Below are positions 33,168 to 42,273 of a stretch of DNA of 64,000 nucleotides, piece after piece. Where the stretch lies: contig JAJRUW010000010.1 in assembly GCA_024277615.1 (NCBI GenBank), forward strand, positions 3,997 to 67,996, given 5' to 3'. The DNA comes from Fidelibacterota bacterium. GTDB lineage: Bacteria > Fidelibacterota > Marinisomatia > SCGC-AAA003-L08 > JACNLC01. The notes under the pieces are model-generated. The model ran no database searches. It saw only the letters and a list, made by a program, of their open reading frames with translations, and was not told the DNA's origin. Both the position numbers and the translations under genes were made by a program. Numbering within the stretch: the stretch's first letter is position 1; each line of letters starts with the position of its first letter.

Positions 33168-33923
33168 ATGAAACACCGGTTTTATTTCTCGGTAATTCTC
33201 CTCATGCAGTTCACTGCCGCTTTCGCTCTGGACCGCTATCCGGACTGGTTTTTGTACCCTTTGTCCCATCCCGGTATAATTGTTGGCTTCAGCTATAACG
33301 GAGAGGCCCCTGTAACCGATGCGGAGAGGATGTACTGTGTCTATCAGGAGTGCATAGTAACGGGCTCACTGCAGCAGTTCCGGGAATATGAGCAACGTGA
33401 CAGTGAATATTTTTATAATTTTGATGCCGATTCGCTCAGGGCCATCCGGGGAAAACTCCACGAACTGGATTCGTTTTACAGCAATGCTCTGCAGGGCAGT
33501 ATGATCTCTGCTTTCGGAGTGGATTCAGTGAAAATCCGAAACAGCATGATCGTGGATGTGGATTCTCTGCAATGTCCTGATTGGGTCGAGCGGACTTTTT
33601 ATACCGACGGAGGTTATTATTACGGAGTGGGAATGTACACCTCGCGGTCAAATATAAATGATGCCTGGAAAACCGCCGAGGAAAAGGCTTTCTTTTCCAT
33701 TATGAGCGGATTGGCTCTGGATATTCATTCTGTGTTGATTATGGATACGGCCAGGGATACGGACTTCAACCGGATCAGTTCAATCAGGCTGAAGTACAAG
33801 TTGAAAGGCCTGCAGGTTGTAGAACGCTATCCCGACCCTGCAAATGATATTTTTTATGTACTTGTGCGTATTAAAAAACAAAATATCTTCTCACCCTTAA
33901 TAAACCAATCAACAGGGAGATAA
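33168..33923 (+). CDS. Exported protein with C-terminal LPP20-like domain
   Basis: Signal peptide ending AFA; PDWV...YYYGVG......AWKTAEEKA...I...L and terminal YVLVRI. Confidence 0.7.
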   Translation: MKHRFYFSVILLMQFTAAFALDRYPDWFLYPLSHPGIIVGFSYNGEAPVTDAERMYCVYQECIVTGSLQQFREYEQRDSEYFYNFDADSLRAIRGKLHELDSFYSNALQGSMISAFGVDSVKIRNSMIVDVDSLQCPDWVERTFYTDGGYYYGVGMYTSRSNINDAWKTAEEKAFFSIMSGLALDIHSVLIMDTARDTDFNRISSIRLKYKLKGLQVVERYPDPANDIFYVLVRIKKQNIFSPLINQSTGR

Positions 33924-33924
33924 C

Positions 33925-35094
33925 ATGTATAAAATGATCATTTTCATCATTCTGATGGTGGCAGCTACGGATGCACAGAGTTATACGATAACCGTCAGCC
34001 GCGATGACCTTGCAGGGGATGCTGAGGGGTTGATCCAATACACACGGTTCGGCTCTACGGAGAATATTCGCGGGAATATCAGCAAAGGCTCAAGTGATGG
34101 GAATATTTCGGTAAGTCGGCACCGGCATACCGCCGACCAAATTTTCAGGATCAAGGATGTGTCGGGAACATATTTGAGTATTTGGCTTGTGAATTCTATC
34201 ATCGATGAGACCTTTGCCGATGCAGAGGATCTACAGGTGTTGGCGGCTTCCAGGGCGACCGCCGTGATCAGGAACGAAACCACAGGTGAAGAATATCAGG
34301 TGACCATTCCGGAAGCTGCCGAAGGTCTCGCTTTTAGGGCCGGCACCATCATCGGAGGTAAATTCTCTGCTGATCCGAGAATGTTTGCGCAGCTGCGCAT
34401 ATATGAGCTAAATGTTGTAGATGCCCTTACCGGAAACCCCCTGCCGGATGTAACCGTTAGATTTTCATCCGGGAGGGCCGGGGATGAATTTGACCCGGGT
34501 ATTACGGATCTGGCGGGGACCTACAGCCGAAAGTTTGACTATGGGGACTATGATGCCGTGCTGTCAAAGTCCGGTTTTATTACTGTTCACCAGACTTTTA
34601 CCATGGACCTGACGGATTTACCCGTGACCATCAGAGTGGCCATGTCGCCCGTTACCCGGGATTATCGGATTGTGCTCACCTGGGGCCGACAGCCTGCCGA
34701 CCTGGATGCGCACCTGGCCGGACCCGATCCGGCAGGGACCCGCTTTCACATCTGGTGGGACCACAAGGTGCCTGTGGGAGGACGCAACTTTCTCGACCGG
34801 GATGATACTTCTTCCTATGGTCCCGAAACAATAACGATCTACAAGCCGGCAAAGGGCGAATATCGCTATGCCGTACATGATTATACGCACCGCGGGAAAT
34901 CCGGAACCAGAGCACTTTCCTACAGCGGCGCGCACGTGGATGTCTATGGCGGGGGAGAACTGATCCGGAGTTTCGAGGTGAAAGCCGGAAACGCCGGTAA
35001 TACCTGGGAAGTTTTCAAACTTACCGCCGACAACGAAATTGTCCCGGTGAATGTGTTTCGGGACGAATCTGACAGCAGAGCGGTGATACGCTGA
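33925..35094 (+). CDS. Exported carboxypeptidase-regulatory-like + YfaP/DUF2135-like domain protein
   Basis: Signal peptide; VVDALTG.PL..VTV...TD..G.Y; IVLTWG..P.DLD.HL, LDRDD...YGPETITI, Y.VHDY, LS.SGA.V. Confidence 0.8.
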   Translation: MYKMIIFIILMVAATDAQSYTITVSRDDLAGDAEGLIQYTRFGSTENIRGNISKGSSDGNISVSRHRHTADQIFRIKDVSGTYLSIWLVNSIIDETFADAEDLQVLAASRATAVIRNETTGEEYQVTIPEAAEGLAFRAGTIIGGKFSADPRMFAQLRIYELNVVDALTGNPLPDVTVRFSSGRAGDEFDPGITDLAGTYSRKFDYGDYDAVLSKSGFITVHQTFTMDLTDLPVTIRVAMSPVTRDYRIVLTWGRQPADLDAHLAGPDPAGTRFHIWWDHKVPVGGRNFLDRDDTSSYGPETITIYKPAKGEYRYAVHDYTHRGKSGTRALSYSGAHVDVYGGGELIRSFEVKAGNAGNTWEVFKLTADNEIVPVNVFRDESDSRAVIR

Positions 35095-35210
35095 AGGTGG
35101 TCTGATATGCCGGTCAGAATGGTTCCGTTACGTTGTCAAAGGCCCCGCACTTTATAGTATCGGCAGGTATAATCCATGGCTTGTAAGAAGATAATGCAGG
35201 AAAATATCAG

Positions 35211-36629
35211 ATGAAGTACAGGTTACTCCTGACTCTGTTGGCAATCGTTTTTCTCGCAGGGCAGCAGGATTTCGATACTTGGAAGAAAAATGAACAGGAG
35301 AAGTACGAGCGTTACGTTGACAAATATGATGCTGATTTTGCCGATTTTCTCGACAGGGACTGGAAAGAATTTCAAGCCTTCAACGGCCTTACAAGGGATG
35401 ACACTCCGAAGCCCGTAACCGCACCGGTGGCTAAAATTGTACCGCCGCCGCCGGGACCACCGCTCCAAATACTACCTCCTCCGGCAATACCCGTAACACA
35501 ACCGGAGATTGTACTACCCGAAATACACGCAGAAAACATACATCCTTTAGAAGTGAACTTTTTTGGTGTACAACTGGTTCTCGACAGCGGAGTGGCATTC
35601 GATTTAACCCTGAAAAAACCCATTGACAATCACGCGATCAGTGATTTCTGGCTGGAACTGGCCAAAATGGATTTTTCGCCTCTCCTGAACCAGCTTGAAG
35701 CTTTGCACCAGGGACTTTCACTAAACGACTGGAGTTTTGGCAGTCTGGTCAAATCCACTGCTGAAAGCATTACCGGCGGACCTTCCGCCGGGTCTAATCT
35801 GGTCACCTGGTACTTGCTCGTGAAAACAGGATATGATGTTAAAGTCGGCTACCTCGCTGACCGGATCATCCTGCTGACTCCTGCATCCAGGCTGGTTTAT
35901 GAAACGCCCTATTTTAAAATCGACGGCCGACGCTATTTTGCCGACATCTTCGATAAAAACAGTGAAAAACCGGTCACTTTAAAAACCTATAACGGGAATT
36001 ATCCGCAGGCAGAGCATATGATTGGCATAGAATTGTCAAGCTTACCTGCCCTGGGCAGGCGGTTTGTCAGGAGGGAATATCCTTTCACTTACCAGTCAGT
36101 GGAATATGCTCCGGTCCTGGAATACAATGCCGATCTGCTTGATTTCTTCAACGTCTATCCGCAGACCGAGTTGGAGGTCTATTTTTCCGCCACTCCGTCG
36201 CCAGCAGCCCGCAGATCATTTTACGAGTCTTTTACGCCCATACTGGATGGAAAATCGCAGGGTGCTGCCCTGGATCTGATACTGCGCTTTGTACAAACTG
36301 CATTTGACTATGAAACCGATGGAGATCAATTCGGTTATGAAAAACCTTTATTTCCGGATGAAACTCTCTATTATCCTTCGTGTGACTGTGAAGACCGCGC
36401 CGTATTGTTTGCCCTCATGACCGGTGAATTGCTGGGGCTTGAAACAGTTGGCTTACGCTATCCCGGGCATGTGGCAGTGGGTGTAAAACTGGATACCGCC
36501 ATTGATGGAGATCATATTAAAGTGGACGGACAGGATTTTCTCATCTGTGATCCGACCTATATCAATGCCGGAATCGGCATGTCCATGCCGCAATTCAAAG
36601 CCGTACTGCCAGAGATCATCAGATTCTGA
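35211..36629 (+). CDS. Exported transglutaminase-like (Cys-His-Asp) protein
   Basis: Signal peptide, Pro-rich linker, LRFVQTAF.Y.TD..QFG.EK, DCEDRAVLF, YPGHVAVG, CDPTY. Confidence 0.82.
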   Translation: MKYRLLLTLLAIVFLAGQQDFDTWKKNEQEKYERYVDKYDADFADFLDRDWKEFQAFNGLTRDDTPKPVTAPVAKIVPPPPGPPLQILPPPAIPVTQPEIVLPEIHAENIHPLEVNFFGVQLVLDSGVAFDLTLKKPIDNHAISDFWLELAKMDFSPLLNQLEALHQGLSLNDWSFGSLVKSTAESITGGPSAGSNLVTWYLLVKTGYDVKVGYLADRIILLTPASRLVYETPYFKIDGRRYFADIFDKNSEKPVTLKTYNGNYPQAEHMIGIELSSLPALGRRFVRREYPFTYQSVEYAPVLEYNADLLDFFNVYPQTELEVYFSATPSPAARRSFYESFTPILDGKSQGAALDLILRFVQTAFDYETDGDQFGYEKPLFPDETLYYPSCDCEDRAVLFALMTGELLGLETVGLRYPGHVAVGVKLDTAIDGDHIKVDGQDFLICDPTYINAGIGMSMPQFKAVLPEIIRF

Positions 36630-36771
36630 CCATATCCGCCAGTGAACCTCAAAGCACTCAACACCCAGGATAACTTGCCACCAGGGTTTACTTTCATTTT
36701 GTTTAAAGAATATGACCCTCAAGGGCTAATATTACCGCCCGAATAATTCATAATTTAACAGAGATAAGCAG

Positions 36772-37836
36772 ATGAAACTTTGTCTAACGGGATTACCGCA
36801 AAGCGGAAAATCCACCATCTTTTCAGCCCTGACGCAGACAGAACCCGAAGCCGGATTCGGCTCGGGCAAACAGGAGCCTAAACTTGCCGTTGTGGAAGTA
36901 CTGGATGAGCGCATCACACGACTTTCGGAAATGTATAATCCGAAAAAGACGGTTTACGCCAAGATTGAGCTGGCGGATTTCCCCGCTCCTGCAGACCGTA
37001 GTGAGAATTCAAATGATTTTCCCACGGAGTTACTCCGGGAATTAAAAGTCATGGATGCTCTGGGGATCGTACTTAGGAACTTCGATGATACTTTCCAGGG
37101 GTCTCCCAAACCAATTAAAGACCTCGAGACATTTTCAGGGGAGATGGTCGTCGCCGATCTGATCGTCACAGAGAATCGGCTTGAGAAGCTAAGCCACAGT
37201 TTTGCCAGGGGGCAGAAAACACTTGAACTTCAACGTGAATTCAATTTACTGCAAAAGATAAAAGTTCAACTCGAGAGTGACAAGAAAGTCGATGCGCTCG
37301 ACCTGACACCGGAGGAAAAAAAACAGCTTAGGGGTTTCCAGTTTTTAACCAATAAACCCTGGCTGGTCATCCTTAATTCCGGTGAAGACCGGTTTCACAA
37401 TAGTGCTGAGCAGCTTGAAAATATCCGCGAGTATTATCCGGCAATTGAATTTGCCGGAAAATTTGAGATGGAATTATCCCAGATGGAAGCCGAAGATGCA
37501 AAGTTATTCATGGATGATCTGGGGGTCACTGAATCTGCTGCTGTACGCCTCACGGACTCGGCTTATAGAATTCTGGGTTATATCAGTTTTTTCACGGTGG
37601 GACCCGACGAGGTTCGTGCCTGGACCATTCGCAAGGGGGCCAAAGCGGTCGGTGCTGCTGCAGCCATCCATAATGATCTTGCCCGTGGGTTTATCCGTGC
37701 CGAATGTTTTCATTACGACGATCTGACAGCCTGCGGTAGTGAAAAAGATGTGCGTCAAAAAGGAAAATTCAGGCTTGAAGGCAAGGAATATGTCGTTCAG
37801 GACGGGGATATTTTAAATATTCGGTTTAACATCTAA
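36772..37836 (+). CDS. ychF: YchF-like ATPase/GTPase (divergent; DUF933 C-terminus)
   Basis: GLPQSGKST, D.R...L...YNPKK, FFTVGPDEVRAWTI, GFIRAE, RLEGKEYVVQDGD. Confidence 0.85.
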   Translation: MKLCLTGLPQSGKSTIFSALTQTEPEAGFGSGKQEPKLAVVEVLDERITRLSEMYNPKKTVYAKIELADFPAPADRSENSNDFPTELLRELKVMDALGIVLRNFDDTFQGSPKPIKDLETFSGEMVVADLIVTENRLEKLSHSFARGQKTLELQREFNLLQKIKVQLESDKKVDALDLTPEEKKQLRGFQFLTNKPWLVILNSGEDRFHNSAEQLENIREYYPAIEFAGKFEMELSQMEAEDAKLFMDDLGVTESAAVRLTDSAYRILGYISFFTVGPDEVRAWTIRKGAKAVGAAAAIHNDLARGFIRAECFHYDDLTACGSEKDVRQKGKFRLEGKEYVVQDGDILNIRFNI

Positions 37837-37850
37837 TTGTTGTGGACATA

Positions 37851-37881
37851 AAAAGGGCTGACCCGAAAGCCAGCCCCTTTT
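37851..37881. terminator. Rho-independent terminator (A/T flanked, possibly bidirectional)
   Basis: AAAAGGGCTG...CAGCCCCTTTT. Confidence 0.8.
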
Positions 37882-37885
37882 ATAG

Positions 37886-38054
37886 TTCGCAAGAGGTATT
37901 TTCAGAAAGCTCCATGTAAATACACGGTGGGAATTTGTCCCGAGATCGCAAGCTTCCTTCAACCGATTGCTCGATAAGGCCTGCTTTTGAAATCGGCAAA
38001 TCAAAAACCCAATTCTAAAGTTTGAAAGTTCTGAAAATTGAGTCCTCTTGCGAA
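37886..38054. mobile_element. MITE-like ~170-bp element bounded by imperfect inverted repeats
   Basis: TTCGCAAGAGG-ta-TTTTCAGAA (37886-37907) versus TTCTGAAAA-ttgagt-CCTCTTGCGAA (38029-38054); no credible ORF inside. Confidence 0.45.
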
Positions 38055-38257
38055 AATCTATTTCAAAAATCCTGACTCAATTTAACTGCAATGCCCAACC
38101 CCGGTCAAGAGAATCCGGTGAACTAAGTGAATTAATTCGGGAGTATTTCAGCACGGGAAATATGATTGGTCTCATAAAATAGAATGAGACTCTTGCAGCT
38201 GCATCTCTTTGCCTGAAAGCAAACCACTCTTGGGCGAATATCAGTTTGGGAAACCCG

Positions 38258-39493
38258 TCAAATAGATTTATAGAGTTCAGTTTCTCCTTCGCTTTTGGCA
38301 ATAGACACTGCACCGACCGAATCGCTGAAAATATTCACCATAGTGCGGAACATATCCAATGGCCGGTCAACCGCCAGCATTGTGCCCACCAGAAAACCCA
38401 CCTGTGGATGGCTGCCCAGTCCAACTGCATCCAGTACGATGAAGATCATTACCAGACCGGCGGAGGGAATACCGGCTGCACCCACAGAGGCCAGGAAGGC
38501 CGTAATTACCACCACAAACTGCTGTGTGAAACTGAGATCGAATCCCAAAGCCTGTGCAATAAACAGCACTCCGGCACACTCATATAGTGCTGTCCCGTCC
38601 ATGTTGATGGTGGCCCCAAGAGGCAGAACAAAGCTGCTCACTTTATTGGAGACACCGATTTTATTTTCTACACAATCCAGTGTCACCGGTAAAGTGGCGC
38701 CGGAAGAACTGGTGGAAAAGGCCATAGCCATGGCTGAGGCCATCCCCTTGAAATGTTTCAGGGGATTAATACGTGTGAAAAGAAAAAATAATAGGGGCAG
38801 TACGATTACCAGGTGCAGTGTCAAACCAAGGGCAATAGTGAGCATATATAGCCCCACGGCTCTAAAGAGATCAAACCCCGCCGTTGCAACGGCTTTAGTG
38901 ATGAGACCGAATACACCGATGGGAGCCAGGAGAATGATACCCGAGGTGATTTTCATCATGGCCTGAAACAATGCTTCAAAGAGCTTCAGCAGAAACTCCC
39001 GTGGTTTGCCGGTCAGGCTCGTGATGCCGTAACCGAAAATGATGGCGAAGAATATCAGTGCCAGCATGTCCCCGTTAGCAGCTGCCTTGACGGGGTTGGT
39101 AGGGACCATGCGGATGAGAATATCCCCCAGCGAATCCGGTGTTTTGAGCTGTGTCACATCAAAATTAGCACTTTCCCCGCTTATTTGAACGTCAACGCCC
39201 GGGCGTATCAGGTTCGTCAGGGTCAAGCCGATGAGGATGGCAATGATAGAAGTCAGAAAATAATAGGCCAGAGTTTTACTGCCCAGGCGCCCCAGACTTC
39301 GGCTGTCCCCCAGGCCGGCCACTCCCACTGTAATTGATGTGAAAATAAGGGGAACGATCACCATTTTCAAAAGCCGCATAAAAATATCGCCCAGTGGAGC
39401 GACGATGAGGGATTTTTCTCCAAAGAGCAGGGCAAATCCAACGCCAAGCCCCATTGCTATAAAGATCTGCCAGTGTAATTTTAACTTTTTCAT
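38258..39493 (-). CDS. Dicarboxylate/amino acid:cation symporter (DAACS, GltP-like)
   Basis: FMRLLKM, AFSTSSSGATLP, LPLGATINMDGTALY, ASVGAAGIP, DR.LDM.RT.VN. Confidence 0.95.
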   Translation of the reverse strand: MKKLKLHWQIFIAMGLGVGFALLFGEKSLIVAPLGDIFMRLLKMVIVPLIFTSITVGVAGLGDSRSLGRLGSKTLAYYFLTSIIAILIGLTLTNLIRPGVDVQISGESANFDVTQLKTPDSLGDILIRMVPTNPVKAAANGDMLALIFFAIIFGYGITSLTGKPREFLLKLFEALFQAMMKITSGIILLAPIGVFGLITKAVATAGFDLFRAVGLYMLTIALGLTLHLVIVLPLLFFLFTRINPLKHFKGMASAMAMAFSTSSSGATLPVTLDCVENKIGVSNKVSSFVLPLGATINMDGTALYECAGVLFIAQALGFDLSFTQQFVVVITAFLASVGAAGIPSAGLVMIFIVLDAVGLGSHPQVGFLVGTMLAVDRPLDMFRTMVNIFSDSVGAVSIAKSEGETELYKSI

Positions 39494-39562
39494 GGAGCTA
39501 TTTTAAAGCACTCTGACAAAACGGTGAAAGCTCTTTTTAACGGAAACAAGGATTGCATTTTG

Positions 39563-39896
39563 ATGAAAGAAAGGTCATGTTACAGCCTTTTTCTGTAATC
39601 GGTGCGTAGCTGTCTTCGCAGGACTGCGCTGATTCCCGGAACTCATCACCACAGCGTTCATTTTGAGTCCCGCTGATGAGAGCCCGGCCTCAAAAACCAC
39701 AGCACTGATTGGCCTTGGTCAAGACACCGTGGAAAAATCGGAGATTGCACTGTACTCAGTAAAACGACTAAAATAACTTCAGGTATTACTTTTGAATATT
39801 TCCAATTCGACAGGTTGCCTCATGGCATCTGCTCTGCCGCCGGAACACTTTGAAGACCGAGATCAATATGACGAATTGACCCGTTGTGTGAATTAA
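39563..39896 (+). pseudogene. Possible decayed gene for an exported Ig-like (Big-domain) protein
   Basis: A stop-interrupted frame reads ILSPADESPASKTTALIGLGQDTVEKSEIALY, resembling the ITSP.DG..VSG.......A.D..GV..V.FY pattern. Confidence 0.25.
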
Positions 39897-39922
39897 CTAT
39901 GTCATTAGATAAATTTTGAATT

Positions 39923-40100
39923 ATGGGTAAAACGATAACGATAAAAGTTGAAGGCCAACTGATCTCAATTATAAAACAGGGTGGACCGGATTATATCCCT
40001 GACTGATATGGTAAGAGTTTAAGAATAAAGCGATCATATCAGATATTGGATGAAAGACAAAAATACTATTCAATTCCTTGGATTTTGGGAAGCATTATAA
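39923..40100 (+). pseudogene. KilA-N domain gene remnant
   Basis: MGKTITIKVEGQLISIIKQGGPDY / frameshift / SLTDMVRV*E*SDHIRYWMKDKNTIQFLGFWEAL* matches the KilA-N pattern DYISLTD...I..W.....T.EFLG.WE. Confidence 0.75.
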
Positions 40101-40104
40101 CGCG

Positions 40105-42273
40105 ATGATAGAAAAAATATTCAAATATGATATTGTGATTTTTACATTTTCCATATTTATTTCTTTGCCGTTTTCAGCACAACATTTTGAACCTGCCGGT
40201 ATCAAAGCTTTTAAAACACAGGAAAAAATAAGATTTGATGGAATATTAGATGAGCCCGTATGGCAAAAAGTGACGCATATCTCAAATTTCACTCAACGCG
40301 AGCTGGATTTTGGCAAACCCGTGACCGAACGCACGGAAGTTGCCGTTATATACAATAATAACACAATATATTTCGGTATTTGGTGTTATCAGAAAGACCG
40401 CAGTAAAATCGTTGCGAAAAACATGGAGTGGGATTTTAATTATCGAACAGATGATAATTTCCAGATATTAATTGGCCCTTTCAATGATAATCGTAACGGT
40501 TACTTGTTTATTATTAATCCCAACGGCGCAAGAGCAGATATTCAAATTAATAATGGAAATGTAAATGAAGACTGGAATGGTGTGTGGGATGTGAAAACCT
40601 CTATCACTTCGAAGGGATGGTTTGCGGAAGTTTACATACCTTACAGCACCCTGCAATTCAAGAATGACAGGATCCTGAGTTGGGCAATTAATTTTGAGCG
40701 GGATATTGCTTTTGAAAATGAACAGGCACTTTGGCAGGGTTGGTCTAGAGATTATTCCATTTATGACATGGTAAACGCAGGGACACTTTCCGGTATAAAA
40801 AATATAACCTATGCACAAAGATTTGAACTTAAACCTTTTCTCTTAAGCGGCTGGCATTACAAGAAAGCCGAAGATGACAAATACCCCCAAAAATACGGTG
40901 CCGACCTCAATGTAAATTTAACTCCGACTCTTAAACTCAATTTGACAAGTTTTACCGATTTCGCACAAGTTGAAGTAGATAGAATAGCGGTTAATCTTTC
41001 TCGTTTTAGTATTTATTATCCCGAGAAAAGGCAGTTTTTCCTCGAGGGCTATGACTTTTTTGAGTTTTATCTCGGTGAGAGGAATCAGGGTTTTTATACG
41101 CGGGAAATTGGTCTTGAGGATGGCATACAAGTTCCCATCATTGCAGGTGCCCGTTTGTTTGGGAAAATCGGAAGAAAAAATATTGGTTTTCTAAATATTC
41201 AGGAAGCCTCAAAAGACGCGGTTCCGACTACCAATAATACGGTTTTCCGCTACAAACAAGATATTGGTAAACAATCTTATATTGGTGCAATATTTACCAG
41301 TAAAATCAATAATACAGCTTCCAGTCAACTCTTCGGGTTGGATGGGGCATATCAAACTTCCGAATTTCTTAATGATAAAAATCTGGTGGTTTCGGGAAAG
41401 ATCAGTACGAGTACTGAAAGTTTTACCTTACAAAAAAATGCACTCACTTACCGATTGTCAGTTGATTACCCAAATGATTTAATCGATAATTTTATGGCTT
41501 TGGGAAGTATGCAAAAGGAGTTTAATCCTGAATTGGGTTATATTCGCAGAACTAACTACGATTCATATTCCTGGTATTTTAGAATAACTCCTCGTGCATT
41601 AAGCAGATACGGTGTTAAGCAACTGCTCTTAAAACCATGGGGATTTACTTTGTATAATACGCATTCAACGGGAGAAATGGAAAGTTTTTCGAACGAAACG
41701 CGTCCGTTGGGTGCTGTCTTTAATACGGGTGAGAGATTTGAATTCAATCTTATACAAAATTTCGATCGCTTAGACAAAGTTTTTGAATTAACCTCTGAAG
41801 TAAGTATCCCGGCAGGGAAATATTGGATGTATAATTATGAATTACAGTTTGAAACTTACAATGCTCGCAGAATCTGGATAAGTTTATTGTATAACACAGG
41901 CGGTTTTTATTCCGGTAAAATTAAAACCTTTGAAAGTGAACTGGGGATCAATGTCAATAAACATTTGAATCTGACGGAAAATTATTCTTTGAACGAAGTG
42001 AACTTACTTCAGGGGAAAGTAGTCACTCATGAAATTGCCTCATATCTTAATTATACGTTTAATCCCAATTTGAATTTATCATTTTTTGCCCAATTCAACA
42101 GTTTAGACGAGCTTATGATCTGGAACTTCCGGTTGCACTGGATTCCTAAAGTCGGTTCAGATTTTTATCTCGTTTATAATATTGGTTATGGGGACTCTAT
42201 AAAAAGAATTGATTATCTAAAACCGCAAACAACCGCTGCCGTAGCAAAATTAGTTTATCGTTTCACATTTTAA
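40105..42273 (+). CDS. CBM9-like + DUF5916 outer-membrane protein
   Basis: DGILDEPVW, DWNGVW, GW.AE..IP.STL.F, DFAQVEVD...VNL.RF..YYPEKR.FF.EG; C-terminal KLVYRFTF beta-signal; start ATG 40105. Confidence 0.88.
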   Translation: MIEKIFKYDIVIFTFSIFISLPFSAQHFEPAGIKAFKTQEKIRFDGILDEPVWQKVTHISNFTQRELDFGKPVTERTEVAVIYNNNTIYFGIWCYQKDRSKIVAKNMEWDFNYRTDDNFQILIGPFNDNRNGYLFIINPNGARADIQINNGNVNEDWNGVWDVKTSITSKGWFAEVYIPYSTLQFKNDRILSWAINFERDIAFENEQALWQGWSRDYSIYDMVNAGTLSGIKNITYAQRFELKPFLLSGWHYKKAEDDKYPQKYGADLNVNLTPTLKLNLTSFTDFAQVEVDRIAVNLSRFSIYYPEKRQFFLEGYDFFEFYLGERNQGFYTREIGLEDGIQVPIIAGARLFGKIGRKNIGFLNIQEASKDAVPTTNNTVFRYKQDIGKQSYIGAIFTSKINNTASSQLFGLDGAYQTSEFLNDKNLVVSGKISTSTESFTLQKNALTYRLSVDYPNDLIDNFMALGSMQKEFNPELGYIRRTNYDSYSWYFRITPRALSRYGVKQLLLKPWGFTLYNTHSTGEMESFSNETRPLGAVFNTGERFEFNLIQNFDRLDKVFELTSEVSIPAGKYWMYNYELQFETYNARRIWISLLYNTGGFYSGKIKTFESELGINVNKHLNLTENYSLNEVNLLQGKVVTHEIASYLNYTFNPNLNLSFFAQFNSLDELMIWNFRLHWIPKVGSDFYLVYNIGYGDSIKRIDYLKPQTTAAVAKLVYRFTF

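Noticed and set aside
38295-38966. Long antisense ORFs (e.g. 38295..38966, 44082..44780, 57429..57998, 63193..63717)
   Set aside because: Shadow ORFs opposite well-conserved genes, with no recognisable motifs
39673-39698. Hammerhead-like CTGATGA-GAG...CTC core
   Set aside because: It is followed by AAAA rather than the invariant GAAA, and no convincing stems I/III were found
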